This document shows positions 27,889 through 36,799 of a stretch of DNA of 64,000 bases, one piece after another. The position numbers and the translations under genes were made by a program. Below the pieces are notes generated by a model, which saw nothing but the letters and a program-made list of their open reading frames with translations, did no database searches and was not told where the DNA came from. Source of the stretch: Candidatus Krumholzibacteriota bacterium (GTDB lineage: Bacteria; Krumholzibacteriota; Krumholzibacteriia; JAJRXK01). The number at the start of each line of letters is the position of its first letter. The stretch's first letter is position 1. The stretch is from contig CAVXTH010000006.1 of assembly GCA_963764625.1 (NCBI GenBank), positions 608,001 to 672,000 on the forward strand, read 5' to 3'.

Positions 27889-28667
27889 GGCTCAGGTTCA
27901 TGGCACGACGCACCTTCGTGGTGGCTCCCCTTCTCCTTGTGGCACTGAGCTTCGGTGCCCCCGGAAGATCGTACGCCTCGCCCGGTTTCGGAGCGGGAGA
28001 GGAAGCTGAGTTCAAGATCAGTTACGGAGTCATCAGCGCGGGAGAGGGGACTCTCTCCGTCCTGCCGTTTCTGGACTACGACGGATCGCACTGTTATCAC
28101 TTTCGGTCGCGCGCCCGCAGCAATCGCTTCTTCAGCGCCATCTTTCGCGTCCGGGACCAGGCCGACTCGTTCATGGATGCCGACTCTCTCGTCACGCGCT
28201 ACTTCAACAAGCATCTACGCGAGGGCAGTTTTCGGCGCGACGTGGAGATTCATTTCGATCAGAAGGCGAGGAAGGCGTATTTCCCGGACGGAACGGTCGA
28301 CGAGATCCGCCCGAATACCCAGGACGTTCTCTCGGCCTTCTTCAAAGTGCGCGCGATGAAGCTCGAAGTTGGAATGGAGTTCGACGTGCCCACTCACGGC
28401 GACAAGGAGATGTATCCGCTGAAAGTGAAAGTGCTTCGCCGCGAATCAGTGGAGAACGAAGCTCTGGGGGCTGTGGATTGCATCGTGGTGCAACCGTTCC
28501 TGGATGACGACGGCCTCTTCAAACACGAGGGTGATCTCTTGTTGTGGATGAGCGATGATGAGAGGCACATTCCAGTGAAGATGCGGGCCAACGTTCCGGT
28601 GGGAGCGATCGAAGCGGACCTGATTCGGTACACGCCTCCGGACGCCCCGCCGTCGAGTGGGAACTAA
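27885..28667 (+). CDS. DUF3108 domain protein (exported)
   Basis: Signal peptide, F..GE...F.ISYG...AG, F.VRD...S, QDVLSAFF, W.SDD.RHIPVK; GTG start overlaps the GT2 stop (alternative ATG 27900). Confidence 0.8.
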   Translation: MRLRFMARRTFVVAPLLLVALSFGAPGRSYASPGFGAGEEAEFKISYGVISAGEGTLSVLPFLDYDGSHCYHFRSRARSNRFFSAIFRVRDQADSFMDADSLVTRYFNKHLREGSFRRDVEIHFDQKARKAYFPDGTVDEIRPNTQDVLSAFFKVRAMKLEVGMEFDVPTHGDKEMYPLKVKVLRRESVENEALGAVDCIVVQPFLDDDGLFKHEGDLLLWMSDDERHIPVKMRANVPVGAIEADLIRYTPPDAPPSSGN

Positions 28668-28668
28668 C

Positions 28669-29952
28669 GTGCGCGAGCGATCCTGTGAGGTCCTCATTTT
28701 CGGTGGTGGGTGCGCGGGCCTCTGGATTCTGGAGAGGCTCGTGCAAGCGGGGTACGATGCCCTTTTGCTCGAGTCAACCGCTCTGGGCGCGGGGCAGAGT
28801 ATCCAGGCGCAGGGCATCATTCACGGCGGGGGCAAGTACGCCCTACGCGGGGTGCATGACTTCGAAGCGGTCAAGGCGATCCGCGAGATGCCGGAATGCT
28901 GGCGACGTCATTTGCGCGGCGAGGAAGAACCCGATCTCTCGGCCGCCCGCGTTCTCTCCGAATCCTGTCTCCTCTGGGTCCCCAGGGCCGGCTGGTGGTC
29001 GCGTTTGAGCGCCTACGCGTTCCTCCCGGTGGTCAAGAAGGCGGGCCTTCTCCATGCCGGCCCCATGAAGCTGGAGAGTAAAGAATGGCCACAGGCACTC
29101 CGCGGGTCGGCTCGGGTGGTCTATTCGATGGCGGAACCGGTGCTTGCCACCGGTTCGCTCCTGGCCGCCCTGGCGGCCCGCCATCCCCAGCGATTGCTCC
29201 GCTATGCGCCGGGGGCGGAGCTCAGACACTTGAGAATTGATCTGAAGGCAAATTGCCAACACATTATCACAATTGAAGATCCAGAGATAGAGGAACCCCT
29301 GCGGCTGCGGACGCGCGCCGTCGTCTACGCGGCGGGTGCTGGCAATGAGGCCCTCGTGAGACGATCGGCGGCGGGGGACGTACCCATGCAGAGACGCCCG
29401 CTGCGTATGATGATGCTGCGCGGGCCGCTTCCCACGCTGTACGGACACATGATTTCAGGGGGCAAGACGGCGATGACCGTGACCACCCATCCACTGGCGA
29501 AGGTGGACCGGCCAGGTGAGAGCGCAGAGCAGGTCTGGCAGGTGGGGGGGGAACTGGCGGAGCGGTTCGCCGAGCGGGGCGAGAGCGAGGAGCTGAGGGT
29601 CGAGTTCCGGCGTCACCTGTCCCGGTTCTTGCCAGGGTTGGACTTCTCGCGGGTGTCCATGGCGAGCTATTCCGCAGTCCGAGCGGAATCGAGGTCCCGC
29701 GATTTGCGGCGACCCAGCGGGGTTCAGGTGAAGAGGCTGGGGCCGCGCGCGCTGGTGACCTGGCCTACCAAGATGGCTCTGGCTCCGGTCCTCGCGCGCG
29801 AAGTCACCGCTGAAGTGAACCGGGACCTCGGCCCGCCGGCGCGGGAAGAACACGCAGCGCCGCAGCGGGGCCCGGAGGTCCCGTGGCCTCGACCCGAACT
29901 GGCCAAGTATCCCTGGGAAGAGGGAGAGCTGACGTGGCGCCCCGTGCTCTAG
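28669..29952 (+). CDS. FAD-dependent oxidoreductase (Pseudomonas PA4991-like)
   Basis: GGGCAGLW Rossmann motif, LG.GQS..AQGIIHGG.KYAL, AG.GNE, MQRRPL.M, VWQVGG.LAE, RAE, WPTK..LAP. Confidence 0.8.
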   Translation: MRERSCEVLIFGGGCAGLWILERLVQAGYDALLLESTALGAGQSIQAQGIIHGGGKYALRGVHDFEAVKAIREMPECWRRHLRGEEEPDLSAARVLSESCLLWVPRAGWWSRLSAYAFLPVVKKAGLLHAGPMKLESKEWPQALRGSARVVYSMAEPVLATGSLLAALAARHPQRLLRYAPGAELRHLRIDLKANCQHIITIEDPEIEEPLRLRTRAVVYAAGAGNEALVRRSAAGDVPMQRRPLRMMMLRGPLPTLYGHMISGGKTAMTVTTHPLAKVDRPGESAEQVWQVGGELAERFAERGESEELRVEFRRHLSRFLPGLDFSRVSMASYSAVRAESRSRDLRRPSGVQVKRLGPRALVTWPTKMALAPVLAREVTAEVNRDLGPPAREEHAAPQRGPEVPWPRPELAKYPWEEGELTWRPVL

Positions 29953-30725
29953 GAAGCACCGGAATGAGTGTCGGCAGAGTGGGCCTGGGCACGGTCAAAC
30001 TCGGTCGCAACTCCGGGGTGAAGTACCCCGAGGCCTTCGAGCTTCCGAGCGAGACTGAGGTGCGAGAATTCCTCGAGACATCGTGGGGGCTGGGGGTCCG
30101 TCTCTACGACACCGCCCCCGCCTACGGAAGCAGCGAAGAGCGCCTGGCGCCCTTCGTGGCGCGACACCGGAAGGAGATGATTCTCTGCACGAAGTGCGGA
30201 GAGGAGTTCGGGGCAGGCGGCTCGCGCTACGACTACTCAGGTCATTTCTTGCGCGCTTCGGTGGAAGCGAGTCTTCGCCGGCTGGGCACCGAGTATCTCG
30301 ATATTCTCCTCATTCACTCCAACGGGGATGATCGGCACATCCTGAACGAAACGGACGCAGTCGAGACGCTGTCGCAGTTGAAACGAGAGGGGAAGACCCG
30401 CGCCATCGGGATCTCGGCGAAGACTCCCGAGGGGATTCGCGGAGCCGCGGGTTCTCTAGATGTAGTCATGGCGCCCTATAGTCTCGCAAGGCCGCACTTG
30501 GCCGAGCCGCTGGAAGAAGTCCATGCCCAGGGCGTGGGCGTTCTTTCGATCAAGGGACTGCAGAGCGGTCATCTCGCCGTCGAGAGTGCGGATTTGGCGG
30601 AAGAAGCTCTGCGACACGTCTTTTCGCGGAGCTTTCTCGATGTGCTGATCCTCGGTACAATCAAGAGTGATCACCTGGCGCAGGCGGTGACGCTGGCCCG
30701 CGCTCTCGACGATTCCGGTCGGTGA
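29934..30725 (+). CDS. Aldo/keto reductase (PA4992-like)
   Basis: LGSTG..V..VGLGTVKLGR..GVKYP..F.LP, DTAPAYG.SEERL, TK.GE.F, HS.G.D. Confidence 0.85.
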   Translation: MAPRALGSTGMSVGRVGLGTVKLGRNSGVKYPEAFELPSETEVREFLETSWGLGVRLYDTAPAYGSSEERLAPFVARHRKEMILCTKCGEEFGAGGSRYDYSGHFLRASVEASLRRLGTEYLDILLIHSNGDDRHILNETDAVETLSQLKREGKTRAIGISAKTPEGIRGAAGSLDVVMAPYSLARPHLAEPLEEVHAQGVGVLSIKGLQSGHLAVESADLAEEALRHVFSRSFLDVLILGTIKSDHLAQAVTLARALDDSGR

Positions 30726-30726
30726 G

Positions 30727-32283
30727 ATGAACCACGAGATGAACCTCTTTCCCAATGCCCCAGCTCGCCCGAGCCTGAGCGAGGAGCGCCTTGCCATGGC
30801 CCTCTTCCTCATCTTTCTGTTGGGCCTGCTGCTGAGGCTCTTTGGACTCTCGCATCAAAGCCTCTGGATCGACGAGATGATCACGCTGCGCCAGGGCCTG
30901 ATTCCGGGGCACGGACTCTGGGAACAGTTCCTGGATGACTATCACAATCCCCTTCCCATGCTGGTCATCACCCAGCTCGCCCACCTGAGCCACTCGGAAA
31001 CGGTGCTGCGTTTTCCCGGCGCGGTATTGGGAGCCTTGAGCGTGCCGCTGATCTTCTTGCTCGGACGGCGTCTCGCGGGCGCGCGAACCGGGCTCTTCGC
31101 CGCACTCCTCTTGGCGGTGAGTCCGTTCCATCTCTTCCACTCGCAGGAGCTTCGCGGGTATGCGTGGATGATCTTCTTCGGACTGGCCACCACCCTGGTT
31201 GCGGTGAACGTTCGGAGGCGTTTGAGCTGGCCGCGCGCGCTTCTTCTCGCGCTCCTGGGCATCGCCACCACTCTGTGCAATCTCGAGGGTCTGTTCTGGA
31301 TGGGCAGTCTGGCGTTGGCCTGTCTTGCCGCCGGCCTGGTGAAACGCCGCGATCTGAAGACCTGGGGGGTGGCCTTCGGACTCATCGTCTTGGTCACTGC
31401 ACCGTGGTGGACCGGAACCCTGCACACGCATCACGAGGAGAGACTTCTGCCGGGGGAACAGACGGGAGTTCCCATGCGCGGGAGCACCACTCTGGGGAAA
31501 TGGGCGATTCCCTACACCGGCTTCGTACTCGCGATGGGAAATACCTTGGGCCCGACACCGCTCGAGCTTCACGCCGAGAGCGAGAGCACGATCGAAGGAA
31601 AGCTCGGTCTCGCGCGGAGGCATTGGCCCGCGGTGGCGGGTGTGGCCGGACTCGTTCTCGTGCTCGGTCTCAGCGGGATTCTCGCTCTGCGTTCGCGCGC
31701 CGGCCTTCTTCTGTTGTGGGTGATCGTGCCGGTCACAATCGCAATTTGGCTGGCGGCGAGAAACGTGAAGCCTCTGAACCCTCGCTACTGCATCGCTGCG
31801 CTGCCGGCCCTCATGCTGCTGTTCGCGGCGGGTCTGGATGCCCTGCCGAGAAAGACCGCCCTCATGGTGCTCATTGCGTGGCTCGCATTCTGCGGGGTGG
31901 CAGACTACCGCTACCACTTCATGCCCGAATACCAGCGGGAAGACGTACGGGGAGCCGTGCGATTGGTGGAAGAACGTGAAGGGCCCGACGACTTCATCAT
32001 CGCCCCGACTGTTTTCGGGGTGTTTCAGTGGTATTATCGAGGGAGGAATCCAGTCGAATCCTACTGGTGGTCCAAAGTGGATACCTCTCTCGCCGATGTT
32101 ACGCGCCGCCTGGATCTCCTGGATCCCGGACGCAAGTTCGCCTGGTACGTTCGCTGCCGCCCCTGGCACGATGACCCCAACGGTTGGCTGCTCGGGGCGT
32201 TCGAGGAAAACTGGCGCTACCGCGCCCTGTTTCAATTGCCCGGGGTCGAGGTCTATCTCTTCGAGCGCAGAGGAGCGCACTGA
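30727..32283 (+). CDS. GT-C family 39/83 membrane glycosyltransferase (ArnT/PMT-like)
   Basis: LR...L..QSLW.DE, E..LR.P, SPFH..HSQE.R.YA, PRY, about 11 TM helices. Confidence 0.8.
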   Translation: MNHEMNLFPNAPARPSLSEERLAMALFLIFLLGLLLRLFGLSHQSLWIDEMITLRQGLIPGHGLWEQFLDDYHNPLPMLVITQLAHLSHSETVLRFPGAVLGALSVPLIFLLGRRLAGARTGLFAALLLAVSPFHLFHSQELRGYAWMIFFGLATTLVAVNVRRRLSWPRALLLALLGIATTLCNLEGLFWMGSLALACLAAGLVKRRDLKTWGVAFGLIVLVTAPWWTGTLHTHHEERLLPGEQTGVPMRGSTTLGKWAIPYTGFVLAMGNTLGPTPLELHAESESTIEGKLGLARRHWPAVAGVAGLVLVLGLSGILALRSRAGLLLLWVIVPVTIAIWLAARNVKPLNPRYCIAALPALMLLFAAGLDALPRKTALMVLIAWLAFCGVADYRYHFMPEYQREDVRGAVRLVEEREGPDDFIIAPTVFGVFQWYYRGRNPVESYWWSKVDTSLADVTRRLDLLDPGRKFAWYVRCRPWHDDPNGWLLGAFEENWRYRALFQLPGVEVYLFERRGAH

Positions 32284-32927
32284 TGGTGGCCCGCGCTCTC
32301 GGCGCCGAGTTGGCCAAGACGCACTGGTTCTATGAACCGGTCAAACGGCTCTTCGACCTCGTTGCCGCCACCCTGGGCCTGATCTTTTTCCTGCCCCAAG
32401 TTCCTTTCCTCGCTCTACTGGTGAAACTGGAATCACCGGGTCCCTTTCTGTTCCGGCAGGAGCGGGTGGGCAAGGGCGGCCGGCATTTCTTCTGCTTCAA
32501 GATCCGTTCGATGGTGGTCAACGCCGAGGCGCTCAAGCAGAGTTTGTCGCATCTCAACGAGGCCGACGGGGCCGCATTCAAGATCCGTCAAGATCCGCGC
32601 ATCACTCGCGTGGGACAGTTCGTACGGCGTTCGTCGCTCGACGAATTCCCCCAGCTTCTCAATGTCCTGCGCGGGGAGATGTCCATCGTGGGCCCGCGCC
32701 CTCAGGTTCCCGAGGAAGTGGCCCAGTACCGCCCGGAGCATCGAGCGCGTCTGGAAGTAAAACCGGGCCTCACCTGTCTCTGGCAGGTCAGCGGACGCAA
32801 CGATCTCGATTTTGAGGAGTGGATGCGCATGGACCGCGAATACGTGCGGAGGCGGGGACTGAAACTGGATCTGTGGATCCTCCTGCACACCCTTCCCGCC
32901 GTGATCGCGCGCAAGGGCGCGTATTGA
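32283..32927 (+). CDS. Polyprenyl-phosphate sugar phosphotransferase (Bac_transf family)
   Basis: KRLFDL, F.QERVG, KIRSM, DPRIT.VG.F.R.SSLDEFPQL.NVL.GEMS.VGPRP, KPGLT.LWQVSGR. Confidence 0.93.
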   Translation: MVARALGAELAKTHWFYEPVKRLFDLVAATLGLIFFLPQVPFLALLVKLESPGPFLFRQERVGKGGRHFFCFKIRSMVVNAEALKQSLSHLNEADGAAFKIRQDPRITRVGQFVRRSSLDEFPQLLNVLRGEMSIVGPRPQVPEEVAQYRPEHRARLEVKPGLTCLWQVSGRNDLDFEEWMRMDREYVRRRGLKLDLWILLHTLPAVIARKGAY

Positions 32928-32975
32928 GATGGTTCGAGGGCAAGTTCTGAACTCACCACCAAGGCCGTCTCCCTC

Positions 32976-33893
32976 ATGAGCGATGCCACTTTCGCTTCCG
33001 GACGTCTCTCGACCTGGCTGCGCTTCACGCGGCCCTTCACCCTTTGGCCCCCGGGCCTGGGAATGATCAGCGGTGGATTGACCGCCATGGGCGCCTATCC
33101 GCGCGAGAGCTTCAGCGGGGACATTCTGGTCAAGCTCGTCCTGGGCGCCGTGATGGCCGCGGTCCTCAACGCGGCCAGCAACGGGATCAATCAGATCTAC
33201 GACCTCAAAGTCGACCGGGTGAACAAGCCGGAGAGAGCGCTGGTGACCGGAGCGATGAGCGTAGGGGAGGCCAAGATCCTCTCGGCCGTTCTGTACCTCG
33301 TGGCAATGATCCTGGCGGCGCTGATCAACATCGAGTGCTTGCTCTTGGCCGCGGTCGCGGCGGTGTTGACCTGGGTGTATTCCGCGCCTCCCTTGCGCAG
33401 CAAGCGACACGGCTGGTGGGCCAACCTGACCATCGCGGTTCCCCGTGGGCTCTTGCTCAAGGTGTGCGGTTGGGCCTCGGTGAAAACCTTCATGGCCTTC
33501 GAACCGTGGTACATAGGGTCTATCTTCTTTCTCTTTCTGCTGGGAGCCTCCAGTACAAAGGATTTCGCGGATATGGAAGGAGATCGCCTGGGCGGGTGCG
33601 AAACGCTTCCTCTTCGCTACGGAGTTCATCGCGCGGCCTGGATGATCGCACCTTCCTTCGTGCTTCCGTTCATCATGCTCCCGCTGGGCACCGAGCTTGG
33701 AATTCTTACCGGCAATCCCCTTCTGCTGAATCTGTTGGGACTGGGTCTGGCGGCCTGGGGCTGTTATACGGTGTATCTTCTAGTACGGCGTCCCGATGAG
33801 CTCGCGACCACCGAGAATCATCCTTCCTGGACCCACATGTACCTCATGATGATGGCGCTGCAGGTGGGCTTCGCCATCTCGTACCTGTTCTGA
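32976..33893 (+). CDS. UbiA superfamily prenyltransferase (HPT/ChlG/DGGGPS-like clade)
   Basis: RP.TL, NQIYD...D..NKP.R, YS.PPLR.K, KDF.D.EGD..GG..TLP; 8-9 TM helices. Confidence 0.9.
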   Translation: MSDATFASGRLSTWLRFTRPFTLWPPGLGMISGGLTAMGAYPRESFSGDILVKLVLGAVMAAVLNAASNGINQIYDLKVDRVNKPERALVTGAMSVGEAKILSAVLYLVAMILAALINIECLLLAAVAAVLTWVYSAPPLRSKRHGWWANLTIAVPRGLLLKVCGWASVKTFMAFEPWYIGSIFFLFLLGASSTKDFADMEGDRLGGCETLPLRYGVHRAAWMIAPSFVLPFIMLPLGTELGILTGNPLLLNLLGLGLAAWGCYTVYLLVRRPDELATTENHPSWTHMYLMMMALQVGFAISYLF

Positions 33894-33907
33894 ACGAGGG
33901 GAGAGTC

Positions 33908-34291
33908 GTGATCGTCGGCCTGGGAATCGACCTCTGCGAAGTGAGACGCCTGCGCGATCTGGAAGAACGCTATGGCGAGCGATTCCTGCGCCGCATCTTC
34001 ACGGACAAAGAGCGGGACCGCTGCGCGGGACGGCGCCACCACGAATGCCTCGCCGGACGGTTCGCGGCCAAAGAAGCGGCGCTGAAGGCCCTGGGCACCG
34101 GACTCTCGCAGGGCATCGCCTGGCGTGACGTCGAGTTGACGCGGGGGGAATACCAAGCTCCCACCATCCTCTTTCATCGGCGGGCCCGCGAGATCTTCGA
34201 GCGTCTGGGGGGGAAGCGGGTGCAGGTTTCGATCACGCACGACGGAGGCAACGCGGCCGCAGTCGTGATTCTCGAAGGAGAGAGCTCATGA
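33908..34291 (+). CDS. acpS: Holo-[acyl-carrier-protein] synthase
   Basis: MI.GLGIDL, RF..RIFT..E, LAGRFAAKEA.LKALGTG, VSITHD...A.AVVI. Confidence 0.95.
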   Translation: MIVGLGIDLCEVRRLRDLEERYGERFLRRIFTDKERDRCAGRRHHECLAGRFAAKEAALKALGTGLSQGIAWRDVELTRGEYQAPTILFHRRAREIFERLGGKRVQVSITHDGGNAAAVVILEGESS

Positions 34292-34959
34292 ATCGAGACT
34301 CTCTGGCTCTCCTGGTCTCGGGGGCCTGGCTGCTGGTGGTCCTGGTCATCGCCGAGCTCGCGCGGCGGAGAGGCATGGCGCGGGTGGACACGCGGCGCCT
34401 GGTTCACGTGGCCATCGCGAGCTGGATCGTTCCCACCTTCTTGCTCTACGAGAGCTGGCCGTGGGCCGCTGCGCCGGCCTTCGCCTTCGTGATCGTCAAC
34501 GCCCTGAGTCTCCGCTTCGATCTCATCAAGAGCGTGGAAATCCGCGAGCGGAGCCTGGGGACGGTATTCTTTCCCCTCAGCGTGGGCATCCTGACCATCT
34601 TGGGCTGGCACGATCCCTGGCGGCCAGTGGCCGCGGCCGGAGTGTTGAGCATGGGGTGGGGAGACGCTTCGGCCTCGTTCGTGGGCCGCCGTTGGGGTCG
34701 TCGTCTCTACCATGTCGCCGGTCACCAAAGGAGCGTGGAGGGTTCTCTGACCATGCTCGTGATCAGTTGGCTGGCTGTGCTCGTGGCGGGCGCTCTCTTG
34801 GGGAGGGGAGTCGATCCCGGTTGGGCCGAGGCGGGCCTGCTCGCGGCCCTGGTGGCCACCGTGCTCGAAGGAATCTCGTTGTTCGGCGCGGACAATCTTC
34901 TGGTGCCCCTGTCCACCTCCGCCATGCTGGCCCTCATGCACGGGAGGCTGTGGGTGTGA
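34288..34959 (+). CDS. CTP-dependent prenol/phytol/farnesol kinase (VTE5/FOLK/dolichol kinase family)
   Basis: TRRLVH, LGTV.FP, GWGDA.AS.VG..WG, RS.EGS, DNL.VP. Confidence 0.85.
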   Translation: MNRDSLALLVSGAWLLVVLVIAELARRRGMARVDTRRLVHVAIASWIVPTFLLYESWPWAAAPAFAFVIVNALSLRFDLIKSVEIRERSLGTVFFPLSVGILTILGWHDPWRPVAAAGVLSMGWGDASASFVGRRWGRRLYHVAGHQRSVEGSLTMLVISWLAVLVAGALLGRGVDPGWAEAGLLAALVATVLEGISLFGADNLLVPLSTSAMLALMHGRLWV

Positions 34960-36005
34960 TGGAGACCTCGAATTTCGCTCCGGTGGACCGGGTGTTTCTC
35001 ACCGGGGGCACGGGCTATTTGGGCAAGCACTTGGTGCGCGAGTTTCTCGAAGCCGGCTACGAACTGCTGTTACTCACGCGCGAGAATTCCGATCGCAGCG
35101 GCCTGCCGCTAAAGGGTGTCCGCTACGTGGAAGGTGACTTGCTCGATCCTGCTAGCTACGCGCACGTGCTGGGCGAAGTGGGAGCGGTGGTGCATTCGGC
35201 CGGCCTGGTCAGCCGCTGGGAGAAGGACAAAGACCGTTTCGATCGGGTGAATGTCGAAGGCCTCGACGGATTGCTACGCGCCTGTACCCAGGCCCAGGTG
35301 GCGCGCGTGGTGTACACCTCTTCGTTCTTCGTGCTGGGTCCGGGAGAGGACGCCGCGCCGCGCGACGAGACGCAGCGCATGCCGGTCGCTGGCTTCAACG
35401 ATTACGACCGAACCAAGATTCTGGCGGAAAAATGCGTGGGCGCGCACCGACGCCAAGGACTCGACGTCATCAGTGTGCTGCCCACCGTGATCTACGGTCC
35501 CGGTGCGAGAACCCAGGGGAACCACGTGGCGGAGATTCTGGAAGATCTGCTTGCGGGAAAGCTCCCGGGCGTGATCGGAAGTGGTGCGCAGGTCTGGAAC
35601 TACGTCTTCGTGCGCGACGCCGCGCGCGGACATCGGCTGGCTCTGGAGAAGGGGGAAGCCTGCGGCGACTATCTTCTGGGAGGAGAGAACGCGAGCATGC
35701 TGGAGTTTCTGGACCTCGCAGCCGAGATCGGTGAAGTCTCTGCCCCCAAGAGAAAGGTCCCCTTCAGGGTTCTGATGGCGGTGGCGCGTCTGCAGATGTT
35801 GAGAGCTCGTCTCACCGGCAAGGCTCCCGAACTCACCAGTGGCATGGTGCGAAGTTATCAGTACGATTGGGCGTTCAATGACGCGAAGGCGCGCCGCGAG
35901 CTGGGCTACGAGGGTAGAGACCTCCACGATGGTCTCAGTGAGACCATCGGATGGTTGCGCGCGGGCGGAGTCTCTCCGTTTCGCGAACGGTGGGAATTCC
36001 AGTGA
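34959..36005 (+). CDS. Extended SDR, farnesol dehydrogenase (FLDH)/HpnA-like
   Basis: TGGTGYLG, H.A.LV..W..D..RF..VNV.GL, YTSSFF.LG, Y..TK, YGPG..T.GN.V, G.LPG.IG.G, YLLGGENAS, KA..ELGY..R.L..GL. Confidence 0.8.
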   Translation: METSNFAPVDRVFLTGGTGYLGKHLVREFLEAGYELLLLTRENSDRSGLPLKGVRYVEGDLLDPASYAHVLGEVGAVVHSAGLVSRWEKDKDRFDRVNVEGLDGLLRACTQAQVARVVYTSSFFVLGPGEDAAPRDETQRMPVAGFNDYDRTKILAEKCVGAHRRQGLDVISVLPTVIYGPGARTQGNHVAEILEDLLAGKLPGVIGSGAQVWNYVFVRDAARGHRLALEKGEACGDYLLGGENASMLEFLDLAAEIGEVSAPKRKVPFRVLMAVARLQMLRARLTGKAPELTSGMVRSYQYDWAFNDAKARRELGYEGRDLHDGLSETIGWLRAGGVSPFRERWEFQ

Positions 36006-36748
36006 ATGCCCTCCCCGCCTTCAGCTATGGCTTCGATTGGCACGCGCTCGCTCTCCCTCTGCTGGGGAACCTGCTGCTGGCGGTCGTGGCCTGGCGCCGA
36101 TCGCTGGTCAGCCGCAGTGGCTTTTGGGGCGGAGCGCTGTTGGGAAGCTGGATCCTGATCCTGGGCGGCGGGGGAGCCTACCTGCTCCTGTGCGCATTCT
36201 TTGTCCTGGGGACCTCCGCGACTCGGCTGGGCTATCGGCGGAAGGCGGAGCGAGGACTGGCCCAGGAGGAGCAGGGACGCCGGGGGGCCCGTCACGTGCT
36301 CGCGAATTGCGGCGTCGGGTTGCTTCTGGTCACGCTCTATCCCCGTCATTTCTCGTTCGCCCTCGGCGCGGCGTATGTTGCCTCCTTCGCCACCGCGACC
36401 GCGGACACCCTGGGCAGCGAGGTCGGTCAGTTGTGGGGCCGGCGGACCTTCGACCTCTTGCGCTTCCGCCCAGTCCCGCGCGGCAGCGAGGGCGGAGTCT
36501 CGCTGGAGGGAACCCTCGCGGGGGCGCTGGGGGCCGTGATTCTGGCGCTGCTGGGCTCCTTTCTGCGATTCTATCCACTTTCGCTGTGCTGGATTCCCGC
36601 CCTGGCCGGGGTTCTCGGAAGCGCCCTGGAGAGCCTCCTGGGGAGTTCAGCGAGGCTGCGCGCGGGACTGGACAACGAGCTGCTGAACTTTCTGAACACG
36701 GTGTTTGGCGCCATTCTGGCCTGGACCGCGCTCCAGATGCTGTATTGA
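36002..36748 (+). CDS. DUF92 membrane protein (VTE6 phytyl-phosphate kinase-like)
   Basis: FF..G...T..G..RK...G.AQ...G.RG..HV.AN, ADT..SE.G, VPRG.EGGVSLEGT.AG, ES.LG, NE..NF.NT. Confidence 0.88.
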   Translation: MNALPAFSYGFDWHALALPLLGNLLLAVVAWRRSLVSRSGFWGGALLGSWILILGGGGAYLLLCAFFVLGTSATRLGYRRKAERGLAQEEQGRRGARHVLANCGVGLLLVTLYPRHFSFALGAAYVASFATATADTLGSEVGQLWGRRTFDLLRFRPVPRGSEGGVSLEGTLAGALGAVILALLGSFLRFYPLSLCWIPALAGVLGSALESLLGSSARLRAGLDNELLNFLNTVFGAILAWTALQMLY

Positions 36749-36770
36749 GGCATCCCGGCCGGCGGTTTGC

Positions 36771-36799
36771 TTGAGTTTTCCCCAAGGGAATGCTAGACT
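36771..36799 (+). promoter_or_regulatory. Putative extended -10 sigma70 promoter of the EPS locus
   Basis: TTGAGT-N17-TAGACT with TG at 36791-36792. Confidence 0.45.

Noticed and set aside
26886-28667. 593-aa GT2-DUF3108 fusion in the ORF track
   Set aside because: The linker is out-of-frame sequence. The true GT2 C-terminus is in the +1 frame, and DUF3108 has its own start and signal peptide.
30661-33629. Long antisense ORFs (539 aa and 398 aa) over the ArnT-like, phosphotransferase and UbiA genes
   Set aside because: Shadow frames of GC-biased sense genes.
32976-33893. Calling the UbiA protein a chlorophyll synthase, tocopherol HPT or archaeal DGGGP synthase
   Set aside because: The motifs are shared among these clades and no supporting pathway genes (bch/chl, hppD, tocopherol cyclase, GGGPS) are in the window. 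The acceptor is left unassigned.
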